A DNA stretch of 64,000 nt from Octopus sinensis (Eukaryota). Positions 38,538 to 51,674 of this stretch are shown one piece after another (within the stretch, counting starts at the first letter, position 1; the number at the start of each line of letters is the position of its first letter). The notes beneath the pieces were generated by a model that made no database searches, had not been told where the DNA came from, and was given only the letters and a program-made list of their open reading frames with translations. The translations under genes and the position numbers were made by a program. The DNA lies in the NCBI RefSeq assembly GCF_006345805.1, contig NC_042999.1:97898001-97962000 (forward strand), read 5' to 3'.

Positions 38538-38883
38538 CCATATATATATATATATAATATATATATATATATTATATATATATATATATATATAATATAT
38601 ATTATATTATATAATATATTTATATATGCATATATATATTCGTTCACACACACTTACACATATAGGTTGATGTAAAACGATATTAATCTATTTTAAAGTA
38701 ATTTATCTCAGCTAAATTTTTATTAATCAAAATCTACACATTTTAGCCACATAGAATTAAATATATTTATTGCGGAATCTTGGAATCCTGGAAGAGAAGA
38801 AAATTTTGAAAGGCTTCTTGTTGCTTGGTTGTTGAAGATCTTTTACATGACGTTATCAAGATCCTCGAAAAAGTGGTAGTCAC

Positions 38884-38918
<35 letters not shown>

Positions 38919-38919
38919 G

Positions 38920-38971
<52 letters not shown>

Positions 38972-39039
38972 GAGATTAAGGTTTCCTAGCCTAATTTGTT
39001 AAATTTCTTTCTGTAGTGTCATTTACGAGAAATATTGTC

Positions 39040-39901
39040 AAGTGTTGTTATGGACGAAAGCTGGTTCTTTCAATTAACCATGTTATACGTGTGAGGCTTG
39101 CCGTTCTTGATGCATTTGTTGGATTTCCTGGCAATACTTCTCCGTGGATGTGGTTTTGCCAAGATTCAAAGAAATAACAGTGGATTTCTTGAATCTTGGT
39201 GTGAAACAACAGTTTCTTTTGATGCAGCTTTGGTTTGAGAAAGCATTTTGGTCAAGCCATTGTACGGAACATTGTTGTACGTAATCCACTTTTCGTCACA
39301 TGTTACGGCGGTCAAGAAATGAATAGATTTTGTTGAGCATAAACACGTGAAAAGTAGACTTTGTAATGGTTTTATTTCATCCAGTATAAGCAGTATCCAT
39401 TTACTGTGTTTTGGCTTACAGTGTGATGCAAAATATCGGACATTTAAAAGACGTTTAATTCTTCTGCAATCTCTCGAGTTGTTCTGTTTGGGTTTGCTTC
39501 AGTAATGACCCCCAGTTGGTCGTTGTCAACTATGGAATTTCGTTCGCGATTTTTCACACCTTCAAAGTTCTCCTCTTCCCTATAAAACATTTGAAAGTAA
39601 TGTCGAACTGAGCTTTGTTGATTTTCTTTTGACAAAATACATGGTCGGTGTTGCGAGCAATTTCCGCTGCTTTGCGACCCAATCGAAACTAATACAATAA
39701 CATCACACGAATTTGTTTTTTTATTCCTGATAGCTTAAAATAAGCAAAAATGAGCATTGAAAGTAAAACCTGTAGTACAAATCAATAGACAAAAATCTGC
39801 GCTTCAAAATGGTATATTGCATGAGCATAGTTTATTAAAAGTTTATTCCAAATGAAACATAAAAATTTAAAATAACAAAAACAACATTTATTTTTGCACT
39901 G

Positions 39902-39906
<5 letters not shown>
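39040..39906 (-). mobile_element. mariner transposase relic (Hsmar1/MADE1-like TIR), 3'-truncated
   Basis: DNDQLGVITEANPNRTTREIAEELNV HTH region; TIR TAGATCAGTGCAAAAATAAATGTTGTTTTTG on minus at 39871-39906. Confidence 0.85.

Positions 39907-39987
<81 letters not shown>
39903..39987. repeat. (CTAT)n microsatellite, first segment of an interrupted array
   Basis: Directly visible; continues at 40456-40524 and 42134-42248. Confidence 0.96.
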
Positions 39988-39989
<2 letters not shown>

Positions 39990-40222
39990 CTTTTACTCTT
40001 TTACATTTTCAGTCATTTGACTGTGGTCATGCTGGAATACCGCCTTCAGTCGAGCAAATCGACTCCAGGACTTATTCTTTCTAAGCCTAGTACTTATTCT
40101 ATCGGTCTCTTTTGCCGATCCGCTAAGTTACGGGGGCGCAAACACACCAGCATCGGTTGTCAAGTGATATTGGGGTGGGGGGACAAACATAGACACACAA
40201 ACATATGCACACATATGCATAG

Positions 40223-40253
<31 letters not shown>

Positions 40254-40453
40254 TATATATATATATATATATATTTATTTATACATATATACGACGGGAT
40301 TCTTTCAGTTTCCGTCTACCAAATCCACTCACAAGGCTTTGGTCGGCCCGAGGCTATAGTAGAAGACACTTGCCCAAGGTGCCACGCAGTGGGACTGAAC
40401 CGGGAACCATGTGGTTGGGAAGCTAGCTACTTACCACACAGCCACTCCTGCGC

Positions 40454-40455
<2 letters not shown>
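39988..40455 (-). mobile_element. SINE family A, full length, inside the (CTAT)n array
   Basis: Colinear with 14940-15435. Confidence 0.92.
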
Positions 40456-40524
<69 letters not shown>

Positions 40525-42133
40525 CCTGGAGAAGCAAGCCCATGCCGTCCACCAGCGCCTCCGTCGTGGGACGCTGGACCGACGGCCCGGTTGAGTTGCT
40601 CGGGGTCTGGTTTGGTCCGGATCTCCAAGTGGAGAAGAACTGGAACGAGATAACGAGTAGGGTGGTCACTCTCGCCCGGCAATGGGCCGAGAGGAAACTG
40701 TCCCTAAAAGGTCGAGCGGAGGTGGCGAACACGTACATCGCGTCCGTCATCTACTACCGCCTGACCGTCGTACCTTGTCCCGACCCTACCATCACCAAAC
40801 TACAACGCATCCTCTTTCGCTTCTTGTGGAAAGGATGCGTCCCGATGGTCAGGCGATCCATTTGCTGTCAACACACGTTAAAAGGAGGGCTGGGCATGCC
40901 GTGGTTGATGATGCGCAGACACGCGCTGAGACTGCGACATCTCTGGCTCTATGTAACGACGGTGAACAGGTGTGGTCGCCGTTTGTGAGGCACGCTTTCC
41001 CGCAGCTCGTCTCCATGACCGAACTGCAGTCGTGGATCAAAAAGAGGCCGAGGAAGGGCGAATGGCACCGCGAGTGTCGCGTTGCTCTCAAGCAACTCTG
41101 CCGTCCTGGGTCGACCTTAAGTGACTTCAACACAACCAAAGCATTCTATAGGGGTTAGTGGAGGGGAGGTACGACGACGAGCTCGGGCGAACCTGGACGT
41201 CGACGAGGAGTACCTGACCCGCCTGTTCAGGACGACTTCGGGCCAGGGCCATGGACAACTTCCAGAGATCCCTGGCCTGGCAGTGCTACCGGAACGCTAC
41301 CCGTTCGGGATAAGCTCTACAGACACGGCTCGAGAAACACGGGGCCGACCTGCCCGAGATGCGGTCAGAGCGACGAAACCGTTCTGCACGCACTCGTTCA
41401 GTGTCCAACAATTCCGACCTGTGGCTTATGTCGAACAACTGCTGTCACGTGTGGGACGAGTCGGTTTATCAGCTGAGTCTATCGTCAATATTGTCACGCC
41501 TCCTTCCTTCAAACGGGAAGGAAGAGCTATTTTCATCATCCTTGTGGCTATGGCGAAAGAATGTATCTGGTGGACGCGTCTGAAAGGATTGGAGACAAAC
41601 ACTTTCCTCTCTGGTCAATCTCTCATCAACTTCTTCAAGTACCACTTGAAAAGGAAAGTGAGAGTAGAGAGGCAAGTTTTGTCTAGCGAAGTTTAAAAAA
41701 AGATGGGTGAATGTAGCAAGAATGGCACGTATGAATGACGAAGCCACCTTGAGCATAGTCCTATGAACCCAGAAATCGAAAACAGAAAGTTGCTTATTTG
41801 CAAAAAAAAAAAAAAAAAAGAATATAAAATGTGACTTCATTGACCGAGGTTACCGTGGTCTTTTCCGTAGGCTTTTCTTTCCACGGTAAACCTCACCTGT
41901 CCTTCCCTTTACACTTCATATTGACATTTCTGTGATAACGATCCCTATTGATCAATTTTTTTTCCTCTCCCCCTTATTTTTTAACCCCCTTTTTTTGTCA
42001 TCTTTCTCTCCTTTTACGATCCCTTTGATCGAACTCCCCCTCTTTTTTTTTTTTTTTTAAACCTTCAAAAGAAAAGCTCTACCTTGTAATTTGTTCTATC
42101 TGTGTGCAGCCCTGTGTGGCTAATAAAGAAACA
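40525..42133 (+). mobile_element. 5'-truncated L1/Tx1-type LINE (post-RT ORF2, CCHC knuckle, 3' UTR) inserted in (CTAT)n
   Basis: LSLKGRAEVAN..IASVIYY..P..LFRFLWKG..KGGLGMP; CPRCGQSDETVLHALVQC across frames; stop near 41764; few frameshifts; CTAT repeats on both flanks. Confidence 0.92.
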
Positions 42134-42289
<156 letters not shown>

Positions 42290-42909
42290 AGCTGGTGTTT
42301 CTTGAATCGGTTCTCTGGGTTTCACTGTGCCTTTTATTCGAACGATTGAGAAGGGGAGCAGCTTGACAATATATAAGAAAAATATTTGTGAACGGTTCAA
42401 AATACGACTAAACATGGAAATTTGATTGGTTGCCAAACCCGCCGCCACCGCCGCCGCCGCCGCTACCACCACCACCAAAACACGTTAGAAAATGCGTCGC
42501 ACAATTATCCATTTAATTATGAAATATTCAGAACACGTGATATTTTCTTGTCTTCATTGTAATATGTGTAAAACACTTACTATGTTTAGAAAAATTTATA
42601 TATTTTCATAACTTTAGTATTAGGCATAAAAACCACAAAAACAAGGACTATTGTTATAAATTGTTTAGTGTTGAAGACAACGGGAAAATTTTTTTTTCCA
42701 GTGTGCGACCATCTTTTAAGATATGGCAAATCTATTGATGTAAAAAAATAAACTATTTTCTCTATTTGGTAGTCGGAAATTCCTCAGTGAATATCACGGA
42801 AGTCTCTGCAAAAATATATCAATTCAGATCTTTAGTTCAAAATTGCAAACGATTGGAGACATTAATATAGAAGAACGCATGTTCTTCTATATAGGCCGGA
42901 CTATAGAAT

Positions 42910-43510
42910 AATTGAATAACGAATTAAAAATCAGCTCTAGAGTTGTAAATATTATCGATCACACATACTCAATGCATGTGTTTTGTCTGTTCGTTAGTTC
43001 GTTGCTCTATAGCACCTGGGTAAGATTCCCTCATAACGCTGGGTGTTAAAACACTTGAAAATCATAGTCAGGTGAGACAACTAGCCTCCGATCCATATCA
43101 GGAGTGATGGATACCGATATTTCGCTATTTATGTGGCTTACCAACACCACGTACTTGAATCGAACCGGAGACGAATCGAATCGCCAGTCTGTGACTATAC
43201 ATAAGTAGTGTAAAAACTATTTGCACATATACCAGGGCGATGCATACGTATAATTAAATTCAATAACAAATTAAAAGCAGCGCTTGTCTTGTAAACATTA
43301 TCAACCGAACATACTCAATGTATGTTCACCGGTTCGCTGCAGATAGCGCTCTGGAGACTACTCCATCTTAGTACTGGATGTTAAGACACCCGAAAGTCAT
43401 AGAGGGGAGAAACAACTCGCCTCCGATCCCATTCATCCAATTCAAGAGTGATGGATACAGATATTTATCCATTTTTCGTGGCTTATCATGCAATAACCTA
43501 AATCTGGATG
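42910..43510. repeat. Old two-copy tandem duplication, period about 345 bp
   Basis: Shared anchors ACATACTCAATG (42963/43309), GCCTCCGATCC (43084/43419), GAGTGATGGATAC (43102/43446), GTGGCTTA (43133/43478). Confidence 0.85.
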
Positions 43511-44188
43511 GTCTTCCCTGACAATGGAAGATGATATCAAAGGAAAGTGCATGATAAGATCCGTAAAATTTGTACTGAAAGGTGAACAAAAAGAAGACCC
43601 GAGTCACAGTAAGTTAAAAGTTGACATAGAAAGAGACCATATAAAGGCTGAAGTCTGAGGCATGAACTTAGAAAACCTGGATGCTGTGCTATGACAATGC
43701 ATCTACTCATCGAGGCAAAAGTTAAGATGGTAAAGAGGCGTAAGATACAGTGTAGAAGATAAAATTGTCATGGGTGCTTCTTCCTTTCCGCACTGGCAGA
43801 TGTTTTTCTTTTATTTATTGTATTATACTTTTATGAAAAAACAATGCAATTTCATTCTTGGCTCATATTTAGTTACATATGTTCCTTTCCCGTTTGAGTT
43901 GTAATTCTGCCAATCCTAAATTTAGTAAGAATACCAAGTGTTGATTCAATCAATATCATTCCTTCCCAAGAAATGGTTGTATCATTGAAAAGTTTTCTTC
44001 GCAACTATGTAGCTCCGAGTTCGATTCCTCAGTGCTGCACTTTAGAAAAGTCGCCTCTGCAATAGACTCGGGTCAACCAAAGTATTTTAAGTAAAACTTA
44101 GTAGACAGAAACTGCGTGGAAGCCCAGAGGAGGGATCATTCTTGCTCATTATTCACAGTTCGTTTTAATACTATTTAATACTTGATTC

Positions 44189-44872
44189 AAGGCGGCAAGC
44201 TGGCAGAAACGTTAGCGCGCCAGGCAAAATGCTTAACGATATTGTCCTTGTTTGTCCCCTCTATGTTTAGCCCCTTGTGGGTAATAAAGAAATGAGGAAC
44301 GTTTGCATGCCGGACGAAATGCGTAGCCGCATTTCATCTGCCGTTACGTTCTGAGTTCAAATTCCACCGAGGTCGACTTTGCCTTTCATCCTTTCGGGGT
44401 CGATAAATTAAGTACCCGTTACACACTGGGGCCGATGTAATCGACTTAATCCGTTTACCTGTCCTTGTTTGTCCTCTCTGTGTTTAGTCCCTTGTGGGTA
44501 GTAAAGAAATAGGTATTTCGTCTGTCGCTACGTTCTGAGTTCAAATTTCGCCTTTGCTTTTCATCCTTTCGGGGTCGAATAAATAAGTATCAGTTACGCA
44601 CTGGGATCGATATAATCAACTTAATCCGTTTTCCTGTCCCCTCTGTGTGTAGCCCCTTGTGGGCAGTAAAGAAATAAGAAACGTTAGCACGCCGAGCGAA
44701 ATGCATAGCGGTATTTCGTCTTTATGTCCTGAGTTCAAATTCCGCCGAGGTCGACTTTACCTTTCATCCTTTTGGGGTTGATAAATTAAGTACCAGTTAC
44801 GCACTGGAGTCGATATAATCGACTGGCCCCTTCCTCCAAAACTTCGGGCCTTGTGCCTAGAGTAGAAAAGAA
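44189..44872 (+). mobile_element. Four-unit SINE B multimer (three alpha tails, one beta tail) with 17-bp TSD
   Basis: Units 44189-44293, 44294-44511, 44512-44676, 44677-44872; TATTTAATACTTGATTC at 44172-44188 and 44873-44889. Confidence 0.92.
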
Positions 44873-45852
44873 TATTTAATACTTGATTCTTTAATGTTTT
44901 TCCCTTCTCCCTTTCTCCCACTAATCCCAGAGTTTATGAAAAAGAACCAAAGGCGCTGACCTAATTTATTTTTTATCTCATCCATAAAAATCTAGAAATT
45001 AAAAAGATATATTAATTGATAGCAAGCACAGAAGAAAAAAAAATTGGTAGCTAAGTAGCTGAAACTGCAACACGGTTTCGATATCCGTTTAAATCCGCTC
45101 ACTTTATTCATGCTCCAAAATATAAAACATTTTCTTTTGGGTGGGACATAAACAATATACTGCTTACTTATGATTCTTCTCAGATAGTGGAACTTTTATT
45201 TTTACTTGTCAAGATATACTAATAATGTTGTTCTAGCTCTTGTTTGAATTCAGGCCAGCCATGACTGAGCGGTTCAATGATCAAAGGCGTTCCAGCCATA
45301 GCTATACCATCTTAATTTTAGACAAAATATGCCTAGGACTACATAGCTGTATATGTTTCTATATATTTTTGTTAAGGCAATATGTCTCCTTTGATGTGTA
45401 AACCGTTCATGGCACGATTAATGCAGCCTCATCTTCATCAGTTACGAAGCTCATTAGAGCATTCTTTCGTATAGAGCTATGTTCATACTTGTTTATATAA
45501 TAAAGCAGATCTTGACGTTGGCAATAGTCACACGGGCAAGAGAATTGTTGTTTCATATGATTGGAATATTTCATTGATGCAACATTAATGTTGACTGAAA
45601 CAACAAAACAGTCGATTAAATATTTATTGAGTATAATGAAAAAATAATTAGCTGTTATTTGTTTTTATGACTTTCATTTAAGTTATTTTACTATCTCAGA
45701 AAGTAATTTCATCATTATGATATCCGGAATAACAAGGTAAATCATTTACTCCCCAGGGTTAAACATATAATTCCTTTATTTCGGTAATAATATTTCTCAT
45801 TTGTTTCAGTGGTCAATAAAATTCTATCTATGAGTATGGTACGGTAATCATT

Positions 45853-45948
<96 letters not shown>

Positions 45949-45976
45949 TATATATATACCTATATATATATATCTA

Positions 45977-46007
<31 letters not shown>

Positions 46008-46015
46008 AAAGAGAA

Positions 46016-46316
46016 AGAATGGGATAACAAAGCCAAGGCTGTGAGGAGTTTTTCAGAACATTTAAAGGAAATAGTCTTACAGCTGTTTCTGGGATATTAT
46101 GGATATCCCTTCATTAGAGACGGTGTGAGAAGGTTAAATAGAAGAAATATTTGAGTTCGAATTATTATGGAAAAGGAAGAGATAGGGAATGTAGAGGGAA
46201 TTAAGAGAATGAAAGTAGAAATACGATATATAAAGATATTGTAGTACAGCCGTAAGGATATTTCCTTATAAATGTCCTGAAAACTCCTCAAAATCTTGGT
46301 TTTGTTATCTCATTCT
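46016..46316. mobile_element. Penelope-like fold-back fragment with about 71-bp inverted arms, flanked by TA tracts
   Basis: 46016-46086 resembles the reverse complement of 46246-46316. Confidence 0.7.
46074..46121 (-). ncRNA. Minimal type I hammerhead-ribozyme-like motif with palindromic helix III
   Basis: Minus: GTCT-CTAATGA-A-GGGATAT-CCATA-ATATCCC-A-GAA-ACAGCTGT-A-AGAC; stem I 4 bp, stem II 7 bp, GTA cleavage triplet; G5 is A in this copy. Confidence 0.68.
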
Positions 46317-46398
46317 GTTATATGTGTATGCTAATACAAGACCCACATTAGACTCCTCACTCTTATCATGATCGAACCAGAATTTAACTACGGTCTGT

Positions 46399-46635
<237 letters not shown>

Positions 46636-46709
46636 GGAGAGAATATATATTAATATATATATATCTATATATATATATATATATAATATATAATATATAT
46701 ATATATATA

Positions 46710-46748
<39 letters not shown>

Positions 46749-46908
46749 GAGAAATATTATAAACTCCGAGAGATCGTGAAATAATCCTTTTTTGGAATAA
46801 TGGTTCTCGAAACACACAACTATATAAAGAATACCATATCCCATTCAACCCAGTATTTACGTGCAATTCCACTCGTTTTATCCAGATTAGGATAATATAT
46901 ATATATAT

Positions 46909-46945
<37 letters not shown>

Positions 46946-47440
46946 CATACTTTTGCACGTTGAACTATACTAATTATTGAATATTAGATGGGGACCCTTT
47001 ATGTATAGCAGTATTATTCTTAATAGAATGTAAAAAGGTTGTGTATTTGTGCATAAATGATACAATTATAGTTTATACACGGACGTTTTGTACCTTTTTA
47101 TACGAGAACTTACAGACATTCCTGCGCAATTTACTTCTTGTGAATTGACACGGATGCAGGAATATATTAAAGATAATTGTGGAATTTTAGGTGTGAGCCT
47201 GCGTGTGATTGCGCTGGTGTGTATCTATATATATATATACATGTAAGCATAAATACACGCACACACACACACACATACACACACATACATATTTTTACAT
47301 ATATCTATGTATATATATGTATGTGTGTATGCGTATGTGCATGCTTCTGTGTATATACATAACATTCAAACGGTCTAACGCAGATGTATGCTATATATAT
47401 ATATATATATATATATATAGATATATATATATATAATATA

Positions 47441-48485
47441 TACTAGCATTAAAGACCAGTCGTTGCCGGGTCATAGTGCTAGTGCATGTATATATGTGTA
47501 TATATATGTGTACATATTACATGTATATCTATATATATATATATACATCTACACATAAAATACAAAATACAAAGTTATATCTTGATATCGCTAGTGATAA
47601 CAATACTCAAAATATATAACAGACTGGAATTGTTAGCCCGTCTCTTGTAATTTCGATCAATTGTATCTTGTCCTCCCTCTTGTATAGAAGTGTGGCTACA
47701 ATCCAGCCTACCTCTACTTCGGGGGGGGGGGGGCATTTAAAAATTTTTTCCGGCACGTCCTTCGTCCCAGATATAAAGGTAAAAATAAAATATTTCCAGT
47801 TTGCAAGTTCGAGTCGAGTACTCCCTTGCACGCTCCGTTGACTCGAATCTTGCTTCTATTGTGGCGAATTTACTGCCTCTGATTAGATACTTTTCATAGT
47901 CGCACCAAGACACTTTTCGAAGGTGCTTTCCTCCATGTGTTTAAATCTTCTTTTTTCTCTACATTGTATACTTTGTAGACAATAGTATTTTCTTTAATTT
48001 AATTTTTTATTATCCATCTGGACTATTCCATTTCTGCACGCTAATTTTATTTTTAATTTATTCCTATTCATGTGAAACCACATATTCAAGTTCAAATCAT
48101 TGATGCAATTTTATACCAATTGCTATTTTTACTTTTGTTATGTCTCGATTATATTATACTTTAGTTTGATTTTAATTATTACTTACTACATATAATTCAA
48201 TTGTTATTATTATTTTTATTGTTAATGTGAAAGTATCTGACATAAGATAGAGAAACGTTTTTGTTTCACTTTTAACACGTAATACCGAAATAGTGGAGAA
48301 GATATGATATTGCTATGGGCTCGCTCTAGGCAATAAGTTGACCATTTTTTGGCCCATGAAACTACATGGACCCTAGTAAGGCATGAGTAAAATTTGAATG
48401 AAATTGGTTATGTAGTTCTTAAGTTTTAGGGGATACACAGACAGACAGACACACACACATTCTCAGTTTTATATATATATAAAAG

Positions 48486-48490
<5 letters not shown>
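47441..48490 (-). mobile_element. Non-autonomous Helitron-like element
   Basis: 3' hairpin GACCCGGCAACGACTGGTC followed by CTAG-T (47443-47446); 5' region with TA tract, AAAACTGAGAATG and (GTCT)n, as in Lep1-type Helitrons. Confidence 0.6.
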
Positions 48491-48519
<29 letters not shown>

Positions 48520-48817
48520 ATATATTATATATATATATATATATTATATATATATATATATATGCATTTATCCAGTGAAATATGAACACACACACACACA
48601 TACACACACGCACACACACACAAACGTACGCACACATGTATGGGTATGAATGACTGAATACATACATACGTACATACATACATACATACATACATACATA
48701 CATACATACTACATACATACATACATTCATACATACATATAGATTATATATATACATATATGTAGATATATGTACCTATATATAGAAAGATACATAGCAA
48801 CATATTTACACACACGC

Positions 48818-48894
<77 letters not shown>

Positions 48895-49251
48895 CTCTCC
48901 TACACACACACATATATGCACGCACATTTAGACTCACACACATATGTATGTATGTATATAATATATATATATATAATATATTATATATATATATGTGTAT
49001 ATATATATGTATATTATGTATATATATATATGCTTATCGAATTACTCCTTAAGTTTGAAGAAACAATCGACCAGAGAGATAACAATGTGTGTGGCTGTTT
49101 GTGTGGATGAGTGTGAAGGCAATATTATACATACATACACAAGCCACTATATATGCTTATATGTATGTACGTATGTATGTATGTATGTATGTATGTATGT
49201 ATGTATCTATGTATGTATGTATGTATGTATGTATGTATGTATGTATGTATG

Positions 49252-49282
<31 letters not shown>

Positions 49283-49299
49283 ATATAAACACACACACA

Positions 49300-49364
<65 letters not shown>

Positions 49365-49671
49365 GTATATATATGTATATATTCATAAACGTGTTTGTGT
49401 TTAAAATATAGATATATTCTTTATATATATATATATATATGCGTGCGAGTGCGCGCGCGTGTACCCAATTTTTGGGTACTGGTGTAACTCTCAAGACAGT
49501 GTAGCAGGGAGATAGCAGAATTTGGATAAATCAATATGGTTTCTTTAACTGTGCCTATTGAAGTGATTACCACCCGTGCGCACTCACCGCGCCATGCATT
49601 ACCATTCCACAATACTGACCTTAAAAATACCCCCATACTCGCACTCTTATGTACATTCTTACACACACCCA

Positions 49672-49709
<38 letters not shown>

Positions 49710-49774
49710 TATACATACAGGCTGCACACATGCATATATATATATGTATACATACATATATTTATTTGCTAATA

Positions 49775-49825
<51 letters not shown>

Positions 49826-50991
49826 TATACACATATATGTATGCATGTATACATATACATAAAACATATATGCATATTTTACATATGTCTTACGTACTCA
49901 TATGTGTGAATATTTGTATGGTGCATGTATGTATATATAGATATGTATGCATGTATGCATGTATGCATGTATGCATGTATGTATGTATGCGTGTATGTAT
50001 GTACGTACGTACGTATGTATGTATGTATGTATGTATGTATGTATGTATGTATGTATGTATGTACGTACGTACGTATGTATGTATGTATGTATGTATGTAT
50101 GTATGTATGTATGTATGCATGCATGTATGCATGTATGTATGTATGCGTGTATGTATGTACGTACGTACGTATGTATGTATGTATGTGTGTATGTATGTAT
50201 GTATGTATGTATGTATGTATGTATGTATGTATGTACGTACGTACGTATGTATGTATGTATGTATGTATGTATGTATGTATGCATGTATGTATGTATGTAT
50301 GTATGTATGTATGTATGTATGTATGTACGTACGTACGTATGTATGTATGTATGTATGTATGTATGTATGTACGTACGTACGTATGTTATGTATGTATGTA
50401 TGTATGTGTGTATGTGTGTATGTATGTATGTATGTATGTATGTATGTATGTATGTATGTATGTATGTATGTATGTATGTATGTGTGTATGTATGTATGTA
50501 TGTGTGTACAGTCATTGATACGGACGCATACGTCATGTACCGATAATTGTATTCATATTTAAATGCAAAATTATTTATACATTGGCCAGAATTATACACA
50601 CACACACACACACATATAACTTACATCATCGTATTTTTCCTCCGAACCTCTCTCTATATACATCCACAGACATATATGCACACACACACACACACATATA
50701 TACACGCACACGCACATTCATACACATACATGTACATACAAACATAAATGTTCATATATGCGTGCGCATACAAATAGTCCATTTCACCCAACACATTAAC
50801 ACAAACGCACCTACACACGCGCGCACACACACAGACAGACAGACAAACACACGCAAACAGACAGACACACACAGATCTTCGTACACATGCACTCCGTTAT
50901 GGAAACACATACTTGCGTATGTAGAAACATGCAAACATTCTTACAGACATCTCTTCACGCATGTATGCACATATGTAGGCACACACACACA

Positions 50992-51032
<41 letters not shown>

Positions 51033-51641
51033 ACACACAATCTCTCTTGTACACACTCGCACACAGACACACACACACGCATACGCACATGCACACAAAG
51101 ATTCTATTATACTCATATACGTACAACCATAAATGTACATATTTGATACATGAAAATCGAGATCTGGACCTGCGTACATATAGTATAGCGTACATTATAT
51201 CCCAACACTCCTTCATACATCCATACACACACACACACACACACACTCCCATACACACACACACGCACAGACAAACACACGCGTGCGCGCACACACTCGC
51301 ACACATAAATAAATATGTACAAACTTGTATATCCATATATCCATATATACACACACACATAAATACATACACACTCACACTCACACCAACATATACATAT
51401 TCATATACAGGCAGAGACACACGTGCACTCACATGTACGTACGCACACGCATACACATTTTCACTCACTATTTTCTTTATCTCTCATGCATACACATACG
51501 CTCTTTTTACATACAAACACGTGCACACTAATACATGACACGCTGTCTATTTCTGTATCTGTTACACACACACACACACACACACACACCACACACACAC
51601 ACACACACACAGATACATAGATAGATACATACATACATACA

Positions 51642-51674
<33 letters not shown>

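Noticed and set aside
40017-40988. 323-aa ORF as a single gene
   Set aside because: Chance read-through of an antisense SINE A and (CTAT)n into the LINE ORF2 fragment; only the part after about 40525 is protein-derived.
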